Origin: Octopus sinensis
Taxonomy: Eukaryota
Direction of reading: 5' to 3'
Length of the DNA: 64,000 nt
Assembly (NCBI RefSeq): GCF_006345805.1
Contig: NC_043013.1
Location: 34,534,001-34,598,000, forward strand
Of this stretch, positions 53,271-64,000 are shown in pieces. Under the pieces are notes generated by a model. That model had not been told where the DNA came from. It did not search any database and saw only the letters and a program-made list of their open reading frames with translations. Positions within the stretch are counted from its first letter, which is position 1. Each line of letters starts with the position of its first letter. Position numbers and translations under genes: made by a program.

Positions 53271-53450
53271 ATGGGGCAAGGTAATTACATGAATCCTTGT
53301 ACTTGATAAGTACTTTGTTTTTGAAAGGATGAAAGGTAAAGCCAACTACAGCAGAATTTGAACTCACAACAATGAATTAGAAGAAATGCCACAAGTACTT
53401 TCATGTTTTAATAATTATGCCAACTCGTCGCCTGGCTATAATACAAGGCT

Positions 53451-53821
53451 TACTCTTTTACTTGTTTCAGTCATTTGACTGTGGTCATGCTGGAGCACCG
53501 CCTTTAGTCGATCAAATCAACCCCAGGACTTATTCTTTTGTAAGCCTAGTACTTATTCCATCGGTCTCTTTTGCTGAACCGCTAAGTTACGGGGACGTAA
53601 ACACACCAGCATCGGTTGTCAAGCGATGTTGGGGGGACAAACACAAACACACAAACCAAACATATACGCACACACACACACATATATATATACACGTATA
53701 CATATATACATACATATATATATATATATACATATATACATACATATATACACATATGCATATATACACATATACATACATACATATATACACATATACA
53801 TACATACATATATATATGTAT

Positions 53822-53881
<60 letters not shown>

Positions 53882-54057
53882 TACATATATATGATGGGCT
53901 TCTTTCAGTTTCTGTCTACCAAATCCACTCACAAGGCTTTGGCCGGCCCGAGGCTATTTTAGAAGACACTTGCCCAAGGTGCCACACAGTGCCACTGAAC
54001 TCGGAACCATGTGGTTCATAAGCAAGCTACTTACCACACACAACCACTCCTATGCCT
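53451..54057 (-). mobile_element. Composite SINE A+B with ~240-bp internal microsatellite
   Basis: Tail 53451-53650, (TA/CA)n, head 53895-54057. Confidence 0.9.
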
Positions 54058-54619
54058 ATGAAGAAATTTACGCTTAGAAGAAATTTAGCGACACAGCTAG
54101 TCAAGAGACAACAATATTTTAGTGAGATAGCATCTAAGACAAACTTAATCCTTTTGTTATTGTATTTCCTATGAAACAAAATGTCCATTAATTCATAATC
54201 CATTTCGAAAATAATCAAGATTTTAGGAAGATTTGACAAAATAAATGACTTTTGTATTATTAAAACGATATTTGTAACAGGCAATCTCTGCCAGATTAGT
54301 ATGAATAGAGTTAAATATTGTATTAGCTGAATGGTGTTAAATTAGGATAAACTAAGCATAATGAGTGAGAAGTTAAAATGGTATATTTCTGACTGGCAGA
54401 ACATAATGCTTCAAACCTGTTGCAGCCATTTTGTTGTACTTGGAACTTACTTGACTCAGTTTTGTCTTAACAACAAACAGGCTCACTTTCCAATATTACA
54501 TTTGAGTGGTTTGCATTACTAAAAGCATTCAGCTGTAAACTAATTGTTTCCAACAATTTACAAATGTCAAATGTCAAAGTTGCCCACAAAAAAAAAAAAC
54601 AAAAACAACTACAACAATA

Positions 54620-54672
<53 letters not shown>

Positions 54673-55106
54673 GGTAAAATAAAATAAATGAATAAATAGA
54701 AAACAAAGCTTCTGGAATATATTCGCTTCTACAGAAGACAAAAAAAAAAAAAAAATGGTTGCCATTGTATTTATAACTAAAATGTTCCAGATTTGGAAAT
54801 GTCTAGATTTGCAAAAGAATCATCTTTTCAAGGATTACATGAAAATGGAAATATGGATATACAACTGGAAAAAAAAAGAAGAAAACAACAAAAAAAAAAA
54901 AGAAAAGGACAAGATGGAGTATGTTATTGTATGGATGTATTTTATGTTATCAAGGAATTAAAAGCAAATATTTTGTATCCAATTTTATTATAGAGTTATA
55001 TAGTATGTGTTATCATATAAATCCAAGTTAAGGAAGGTATGAATGTTAGCCATTATGTGTATATTCTTATGTGATATTGTATATGTATATGTCTATATGT
55101 GTGGGT

Positions 55107-55410
55107 GTGGAGCCACATGGCCTAGTGGTTAGAGCAGCGGACACGCGGTCGAGATCACGGGTTCGAATCTCAGACCAGGCGATGTGTGTGTTTATGAGTG
55201 AAACACCTAAGCTCCACGTGGCTTTGACAGAAGGTAATGGCGAACTTCTGCTGACTCTTTCACCACAACTTTCTCTCCCTCTTTCCTCCTGCATCTTGCA
55301 GCTTACCTGCAACAGACCGGCGTCCTGTCCAGGTGGGGAACCTATATGCCAAGGAAACCGGGAAACCAGCCCTATGAGCCAGGCATGGCTCGAAAAGGAA
55401 CAAACAACAA
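55107..55410 (+). mobile_element. Full-length tRNA-derived SINE, tail type 2
   Basis: A-box TGGCCTAGTGG, B-box GGTTCGAATCT, shared core GCTCCACG..ACTCTTTCACCACAACTTTCTCTC, (AAC) end, 10-bp TSD TATGTGTGGG/TATGTGAGGG. Confidence 0.9.
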
Positions 55411-55899
55411 TATGTGAGGGCTTGTGGTAAAAATTGCAAATCTAAACAAACAGGTAAGAGTTCAAAATGCATCTCTTGAATTCCATTATCGGAATGTGTC
55501 TTTTCATCTTTTCTCTTGTTTAACTCAGTTGACTGTGGCCATTCTGAAGTACTGACCTTTAGGCTTTTAGTTGAACTGATCAACACTAGTACTTTTTAAG
55601 GTTTGGTAATTATTGTTTTGGTTCCCGATAGCCAATCTGCTAAATTGTCAAGCAATGAGAAGGGTTTGGGTGAACACAAACACGCACATATATATGCATA
55701 TATACACAAACACACACATACACACATATATATATACATATGCAAGGTTTGGGGCCAATAAGTTTTTGGGATCTTACGATATGCCATAAGGCTAAACCCT
55801 TTATGGATGAGAAACCTAAGGTAATCTCATAAACCAGCAACTCTAACAGAGGTCTCAAAAGACATTTTAAGATCCACAAGGATCAGAACTAAACTGTGG

Positions 55900-56040
55900 T
55901 CCAAATCGGATATGCAATCTATGTGAGCGTCTTTTCAATACATTTGTCTGGTTTTAAAAAGCCACATCAGACGCCATGACGGATCTATGGTGTAGGTACA
56001 GGAAGTGGTCAAACTCTGCATAAGGAGTAGACAGCCACCA
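55900..56040 (+). pseudogene. Single C2H2 finger relic, probably the 3' end of an RTE-type LINE
   Basis: CNLCERLFNT/SGFK/SHIRRH (two 1-nt insertions) fits C-x2-C-x12-H-x3-H, then a stop at 55993 and a short 3' UTR before (TG)n. Confidence 0.5.
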
Positions 56041-56402
56041 TAGGTGTGTGTGTGTGAGAGAGAGAGAGTGAGTGAGTGTGTGTGTGCATGTATGTCCTTT
56101 GTGGCAGTGTTAATGTCCCCAAAACTTAGCGGTTCAGCAAAAGAGATGGATAGAATAGAATAAGCAGCAGGCTTAAAAAAATAAATAAGTGATAGAGTTG
56201 ATTCTTTCGACTAAAAATCCTTCAAGGTGGTGCCCCAGCATGGCCATGAACTAATAACAGAAACAAACAAAAGATAGAAGATTAAAAGATTCCTCCTCTT
56301 CCTCCTCCTGTGTTACTTAGAGCTCGTTCTTCCACTTCCTCACACACACACACACACACACCATACATGCACTCACACTCACACACACTCACTCACACAC
56401 AA

Positions 56403-56436
<34 letters not shown>

Positions 56437-56452
56437 CACTCACTCTCACTCA

Positions 56453-56499
<47 letters not shown>

Positions 56500-57580
56500 G
56501 CGCACACCCATGCAGACATAGCTGTGTGGATAAGAAGGCTACTCCCCAATCATGTGGTTTTCGGTTTTGTCCCACTGCATGGCACCTCCAGCACATACCT
56601 TTTTCTATAGCTCTAGGCCAACTAAAGCCTTGCACATGGAAATGATAGATAGAAACTGAAATACCCACCCCCGCATCATGTATGTATATGTGTGCTCTTG
56701 TCTAGATATTGTGCAATAGTAGAAAATGAGTGTCACCATCATACAAATGGTGTCATTTATTTCTTGTCTCCTGTGAAAATATGTCCAACCATGGGGAAAT
56801 ATGTTAGCTTGTTTACAAATACATGAGTGTTGGTGACAGAAAGAGCATCTAACTGTAGTAAATTTGATTCAATGAATTTTGAAATACAGAAAACACCTGT
56901 TAGTAAAATTGCCATATGCAAAAACACATGTCAAAGATAAAACATATCTTTAAGATAGCATGTTAGCACTTGCTTTGGAATATATGATATTCACACACAT
57001 AAATGTACATACACACATACATATATATATAATTGGCATTCATATATACATATATATATATATATAATTGTCATTCATATATGAGTGTTAGTTTGTGTAT
57101 GTGACATTCACAAAAATGTGATCCATCTTTTTCAAACCAGCAGATGCTTTTTCTTAACATTTTACTTAGACGTTCTATAATTAATATAGGGAACACAATG
57201 AAAATTTCTTCGAAAATGAATTTACGAAGGAGTAGGAAAATAAAAATAATGAATAAATTTCTTTAAAAATAATATTGTTTTGGGAAAAACAACGAAAATA
57301 CTCAAAATTTTCTTACATAAGACAAATGATCCTTTGTCTTGGCATTTCTACATTTTTTCTTTTAATATTAACTTTTCTTTTCAAATTTTAGTTTTACATG
57401 TGTGTATTTGTGTGTGTGTGTGAGACCATGTTTGTGTGTAGGTGTTACCCCTTATCTCTCTCTCCCTCCAAAAAATTAATAAAAAAAAATAATGTCTATA
57501 TGTGTATGAGTGCATGTGTGGGTTTATATGTTTCTTTTGTCTGTGTGTTTTGTACAAGTGTATTTATGTGCAGATAGAAA

Positions 57581-57638
<58 letters not shown>

Positions 57639-57890
57639 TAATATATATATATATAATTGTATTAAGTCCTTGTCTCATCTGTGTGTGTATATGATAACTA
57701 TACTCCACCTAGATATATGTGCAGTATGCATGTATATATATTTACATGTATGCATGTAAATAGATGCATCCTCTCTCTCTCTCTCTCTTTATATATATAT
57801 ATGTGGTGTGTGTGTGTGTGTATGTATATATATATATATATATTATATATATATATACATATATATATACATATATATAATATACATATA

Positions 57891-57994
<104 letters not shown>

Positions 57995-58062
57995 ATATAT
58001 ATATATATATATTATATATATATATATTATACATATATATATATATATATAATATATACATC

Positions 58063-58110
<48 letters not shown>

Positions 58111-58511
58111 TGTATGTATGTATATACATACATATGTATTTATATAAGCACACATGCCTACATGTATGTATACACACACAGAAATGCGTGTGTTCTTGTG
58201 TAATTGTTTATGTATATGTTTAATTGCTTATTATTTGTTTTTGAAAAGGAAGCATTTTACATATTTATGTATTTATAGTTGCTTTATTTTCTTTTTTTTT
58301 CTTTTGTTTTGTTGTATTTCCTTGCTTTGAATTGCATTTGGCTGCATTGAAAACCATCTGCATTTCTGAGGAAAAGATTTGGAAGAATAACAAACAAACA
58401 CTTGGAAAACTGAGCTTTTCTAATGAAATATATTTCTGAAGATAGACTTGAGAATTTCATAAACTCTCTATGGGTAATCTAACACAACGATATACATGTT
58501 AATGTACTTAC

Positions 58512-58523
58512 ACAAACAAGTTC
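58512..58523 (-). other. Candidate 12-nt microexon
   Basis: Minus strand GGTGCGTTTGCGAGTTTCTACAG|GAACTTGTTTGT|GTAAGT. Confidence 0.25.
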
Positions 58524-58899
58524 CTGTAGAAACTCGCAAACGCACCCACAAATGAAAGACTAATGCATGCTCGAAAAATCACGCAAAGTCACTCACACAT
58601 ACACACATTCATGATGTGTAAAGAAAGATAAACACATATATGAAAACACGCAGAGACATACACTAGTGCTAATGCAGGAACATGCTTAAAATGCAAATGC
58701 ACTAACACATAATGCATAGATAAATTGCAGGAATATATATAGACAAACATACATGAATGCATACTATTACTGTACAAACCACAAATGTGCCTCTCTGCAA
58801 GTAAGTCTACTGGCTAGGAATAGCAGCCAGAGCCTCACTTCTTAAATCATGTTCTACTTTTTTGTATACATGCAAGAGGTATTATTGATGTAGTACTTT

Positions 58900-59540
58900 G
58901 AAGGTGATGAACTGGCAGAAATGTTAGCATGCTGGGTGAAATACCTAGTGGTATTTCGTCTGCCGCTACATTCTGAGTTCAAATTCAGGCCAAGGTCGAC
59001 TTTGCCTTTTATCCGTTCGGGGTCGATAAATTAAGTACCAGTTAAGCACTGGGGTCAATGTAATCAATATAATCCCTTTGTCTGTCCTTGTTTGTCCCTT
59101 CTATGTTTAGCCTCTTGTGGGCAATAAAGAAATAAGAAATGTTAGCAGGCCGGGTGAAATGCTTAGCGGTATTTCGTCTATCTTTACATGCTGAATTCAA
59201 ATTCTGCTGAGGTCAACTTTGCCTTTCATCCTTTTGGGGTTGATAAATTAAGTACCAGTTGCATACTGAGGTTGATCTAATCGACTGGCCCTGCCTCTCC
59301 AAAAATTTCGGGCCTTGTGCCTAGAGTAGAAAAGAATCATTATTACAATGGACGAAATGCTTAGCCTTCTTTCAGGTGTCACTACGTTCTGTTCTGAGTT
59401 CAAATTGTGCTGAGGTCAACTTTGCCTGCCATCCTTTTGGGGTCGATAAATTAAGTACCAGTTGAGTACTGGGGTCGATATAATCGACTACCTCCTCCTC
59501 CAAATTTCAGGCCTTGTGCCTATAGTAGAAAGGATTGTTA
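58900..59540 (+). mobile_element. Head-to-tail array of SINE family C
   Basis: Four or more successive units with GTTCAAATT..GAGGTC(G/A)ACTTTGCC. Confidence 0.9.
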
Positions 59541-59778
59541 ATGTAGTACTATAAGCCCCTTGTGAGATATATCGTCATGCCTGGATTGGCATTGACCTTA
59601 AAGTGAACTTGTCAGCCCATTCTAATTTGCATACATCTTCAGATTTTAGCTTCTAAGCTTAATTCTGGCTTTAGGCCTAGTGGAATTACAATTGAGGCCA
59701 TTTTTATAGTCAGACTGATTACTGGATGAAGTATGAAGAACATCAAATTCCTTTACATTTCATTTTCATCCATTTTAA

Positions 59779-59987
59779 CCCTTTGGCATTGAAACTGACC
59801 ATATCCGGCCAAAATGCTTAAGTTCTTTCCTGTTCAAACTGGCCAGATTCTGACTCTCACACCTACCCTAAAAGGCATATAGCTACATAATCGAAATCTC
59901 AATTCTTTGAGATGATGTATGCTAAATTCAAAACAATGTGAATAAATAAACATTACCTTTGGTAGGATAATCTAAAATGCTTAACGG
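59779..59987 (+). mobile_element. piggyBac-type MITE with TTAA TSD
   Basis: TTAA-CCCTTT...ACGG-TTAA (TTAA at 59775-59778 and 59988-59991). Confidence 0.8.
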
Positions 59988-60943
59988 TTAAATTTGCCTT
60001 TAACATGATTCTAAAGAAGACCTATGGAAGATGGCAACAGCCATAGATGTGAACCAGCTGTTCCAAACATTTTGAATATCATGTAATTCAAATTTCTCAG
60101 ACCAAAACTTTGAGCCAAAAATAATAGATTGATTTGTGGGGAACCAAAAATTCCATGTTTAATGTTGCAGGATTTGGAAAGACAGATACAATGTCTGAAT
60201 GTTTACACACATGTTTATACTACATGCTATTTGATTTTGTTTTCCAGAAAATACTATCAGTACAGCAAAAAATTAATAAATAAATAAATAAATGGAGCAT
60301 TATTACAGTGGTCTTAATTCTTCCTTAGAAATTAATTGCTGTGGAGAACAGCTATAGATGACTTACCTCTATTCTTGCCACCCTAAATTTGGCAAAAAAA
60401 AAAAAATTTCATACGGGCGTATAAATTCCCCACCTGGATGGGATGCCAGTCCATCACAGGGTAACTCATTTTTGCCAGCTGAGTGGATTGGAGCAGCATG
60501 AAATGAAGTGTTTTGCTCAAGAACACAATGCATTGTCTAGTTGAGAAATTGAAACCACAATCTTACGTTCATGAATCCAACAGTCTAACTACTGAGCCAT
60601 GCACTGCCAATATATCTTAAATTTGCAATGCCTATGACTAGAGAAATGTGAGTAACATATAGTTTTCATATATAATGTGCACCCCTAATATTTAGACTCA
60701 AATACCTGGAATAAGCTTGAAAGAATTAATATCACCAGGGTGGCAAGCTGGCAGATTTGTTAGCATTCTGAGCAAAATCCTTAGTGGCATTTCATCCATC
60801 CTTACATTCTGTGTTCAAATTCCCTTTGGGCTTGATAAAGTTGAACACTGGGAACAAAGTAATTAGCTTAACATCCTGCCCTGAAATTATTGGCCTGGTG
60901 CTAAAATTTGAAACCATTATTATTATCATCATCATTATTATTG

Positions 60944-60982
<39 letters not shown>

Positions 60983-61043
60983 TATTATTATTATTATTAT
61001 TATTGTTATTATTATTATTATTGTTACTGTTATTATTGTTATT

Positions 61044-61593
61044 GAGTGAGAGGGCAGTTCATGCCATCAAAGTGACCCTGGGGTACAATTATACAAAGCC
61101 AAGTATATTGATCATGACTACCCATCTGATAAGGGTACACCAGGCACATGCATCACAATCATATGTTTGTGACATGATAATTTCATATCAAGATAAACAG
61201 CACATGACCTTGCAGGAGGGGGCTTAGTTACAATATTCTTCAGGTCGAGTAGCTTATCCTGCTTAAAAGTTCCCTGAATAAGGGTTGTTTAAAGATGAAC
61301 GAAACACCCATGTTTCCAGAGGTGAATTATTCAAACCTCAAAGAATCTCTTTCACCACATGGCTATGATGCTCCTCCACTACTTCTGCTCGTGATCAGAA
61401 ATGCACATATCATCAGCCACTAAGGGACATGCTCAAATGGTTAAGCTCAAACAACTGATAAGCAAATCTGTGGTATTGAGCAGAATATTTGCTGTAGCCC
61501 ATCTTTTATACCAAGACACAACAATGTAAATGATAACACTTCCAATCAATTAAGATCAGAAGCCATGAGAGCCATTGCCTGGTACTGCATCAG
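61044..61593 (-). mobile_element. (AAT)n-tailed retroposon
   Basis: Homologous to 36880-37243. 3' end runs into the (TTA)n array 60915-61043, and the 5' flank is AATAATA. Confidence 0.85.
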
Positions 61594-61599
61594 TATTAT

Positions 61600-62179
61600 T
61601 CTCTTTTACTTGTTTCAGTAATTTGACAGCTGCCATGTTGGAGCACCACCTTTAGTCAAACAAATCAACCCCAGTAATTATTTTTCGTAAGCCTAGTACT
61701 TATTCTATAGGTCTCTTTTGCCAAGCTGCTAAGTTACGGGGATAAAAAACACCAACATTGTTTGCCAAGGGATGGTGTGGTGGGGACAAACTCTGACACA
61801 AATACATACATATATCACCGTGATCACCGTGACCGACGAGGCTATCAGATGTTGCTACACATCGCTGATCACAATGCGTTTCGCATTGTTTTTTAGGCTT
61901 CAAATGACGCCACACCGCTGGCTAAGCGAGCAGGCCAACAGAAGTGAGAGAAAGTTGTGGTGAAAGAGTACAGCCGGAGCCTCGTGGAGCTTTAGGTGTT
62001 TTCGCTCAATAAACACTCACGATGCCCAGTCTGGGAATCGAAACCGCGATCCTACGACCGCGAGTCTGCTGCCCTAACCACTGGGCCATTGCGCCTCCAC
62101 ACATACATATATATATATGCATATATATATATATGTGTGTGTGTGTGTATGTATATATATGCACATATATACATATATA

Positions 62180-62211
<32 letters not shown>

Positions 62212-62392
62212 ATATACACACACACACATGACAGGCTCCTTTCAGTTTCCATCTACCAAATTCACTCACAGGACTTTGGTCAGCCTGAGGCTATAGTAGA
62301 AGACACTTGCTGTAGATGCCACGCAATGGGACTGAACCTGGAACTGTGTGGTTGGAAAGCAAGCTTCTCACCCCACACAGACACTCCTGCAC
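61600..62392 (-). mobile_element. Composite SINE A+B with a second SINE nested in its microsatellite
   Basis: Tail 61600-61800, head 62225-62392. Confidence 0.85.
61816..62100 (-). mobile_element. Full-length tRNA(Arg-like) SINE, tail type 3
   Basis: Same head and core as 28245, different 3' tail. 12-bp TSD ACATACATATAT (61804-61815 / 62101-62112). Confidence 0.9.
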
Positions 62393-62717
62393 CTATTCAT
62401 TATTATTATTAGTAGTAGTATTATCATTATTAATATTATATACACATGAATTCCAAAAATGATACAAGCATTTCATCACTGTACACATTTGATTAAGCAT
62501 GTGTACTATTTAAAGGTATAAGAAAAAGGGTGATGGTTTTAACAAAATTTCCCAATTTCTAGAAATTGAAATTATGTCCAATTCTCTAGATATTCCAAAT
62601 ATTGTCACTCACTTTCTTTCATACTCTTAATAAATTCTTTTATGCCTGCACTTTTGAGTATAAAAGCACCAGAAATACACACATATACAATCACACATGT
62701 ATGTTCATATATCTATA

Positions 62718-62761
<44 letters not shown>

Positions 62762-63440
62762 ACATAAACCGAAACTATATATGTATGTGTGTCTTGGATG
62801 TGCATGGTGTAGAAGGGTATGAATGCACATAGAAATGTGTGTGTGTGGTGGGGAGAGTAGGTGTGCTTTTGTCCATGCATGTGTTTACCTCCAATTCTTC
62901 ATCAAGTATACAAACATACTGAGCTTTCAGCAGATTAACAAAGATTTATTTAAATTTTTCTATAATAAAACTTAAAACACACATGACAAACATTCAATTC
63001 TCTGGGTTAAATCTTCAATGAAAGCAGATAGAAAATAATATATAATTTTAAAGTATCTACCTACCAACATATATACATATACCAACATATATATATATAT
63101 ATATATATGTATGTATATACCAACATAAATATATAGCTCTCTCTCATATATATATATATATATATCAGTGTGTGCATATGCATGTGTGTGTGTGTGTGAA
63201 TGTATGTTTGAAGGAATCTGTGCATGCAAAACAAATAATGTATTTTTATGTAATTACAATAATGCATAAAGATGTTTGTAAACATTTTATGTGTGTATAT
63301 ATGTATACGTTGGTACCTGTGTGTATGTGTGTATGTATGAATATATGTGTGTGTGTGTATGTATATGTATGTATGGATATATGTGTATGTATATATATAT
63401 ATATATGTGTGTGTGTGTATGTGTGCATACACACACATAC

Positions 63441-63471
<31 letters not shown>

Positions 63472-63634
63472 GGTTTATATATGCAATTATCATCCTATAA
63501 TGTCCCTTTACAATGGTGGCATGAGTTGGATAGTTTGATAGGATCCGATGAACTGCAGAACTCTTTCAATCTCCAATGCCAACTTAGCCATTGATTCTGC
63601 CTGCACATGTAACTAGTCATACATGTACGTGTAT

Positions 63635-64000
63635 ACTCTTTTACTCTTTTACTTGTTTCAGTCATTTGACTGCGGCCATGCTGGAGCACCGCCTTTAGTC
63701 GAGCAAATCGACTCTGGGACTTATTCTTTGTAAGCCCAGTACTTATTCTATCGGTCTATTTTGCCAAACCGCTAAGTGACGGGGACGTATACACACCAGC
63801 ATCGGTTGTCAAGCAATGCTAGGGGGACAAACACAAACACACAAACACATATATATATATACATATATACGACAGGCTTCTTTCAGTTTCCGTCTACCAA
63901 ATCCACTCACAAGGCATTGGTCGGCCCGAAGCTATAGCAAAAGACACTTGCCCAAGATGCCACACAGTGGTACTGAATCCGGAACCACACAGCCACTCCT
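63635..64000 (-). mobile_element. Composite SINE A+B, young copy (runs to window edge)
   Basis: Near-identical to 52826-53270. Confidence 0.9.

Noticed and set aside
55107-55180. tRNA gene-like sequence (also 28247 and 62030-62100)
   Set aside because: No acceptor-stem closure, and continues into SINE core and tail with TSDs. These are SINE heads

Overview
AT-rich, microsatellite-saturated animal genomic DNA. It is almost certainly intergenic or deep-intronic sequence from an octopus (inferred from the tRNA-derived SINE families, RTE LINE relics and (TA)n/(CA)n/(AAT)n density). No complete protein-coding gene can be supported, and nearly all listed ORFs are microsatellite read-throughs. The recognisable coding relics are decayed transposons: RTE endonuclease/RT at ~27.1-29.7 kb (+) and 47.2-47.6 kb (-), RTE-like C-termini at ~6.0 kb (-) and ~55.9 kb (+), and an internally inverted mariner at ~32.5-33.0 kb. 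The most notable signal is a set of five minimal type-I hammerhead-ribozyme motifs of the Penelope/retrozyme kind, found by eye and carried on ~200-nt non-coding modules. One (29275-29314) keeps every invariant catalytic nucleotide and sits in an insert that splits the RTE RT. Other highlights are three TSD-bounded SINEs sharing one tRNA head and core but carrying three different 3' tails, SINEs with an internal microsatellite that traps other elements, hAT and piggyBac-type MITEs with readable TSDs, several fold-back hairpins, and four local duplications. There is also a candidate minus-strand promoter/first exon at ~12.9-13.1 kb, a candidate 12-nt microexon, and homeodomain-site-rich islands. 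All alignments and translations were done by eye, and family names A-D are my own labels.
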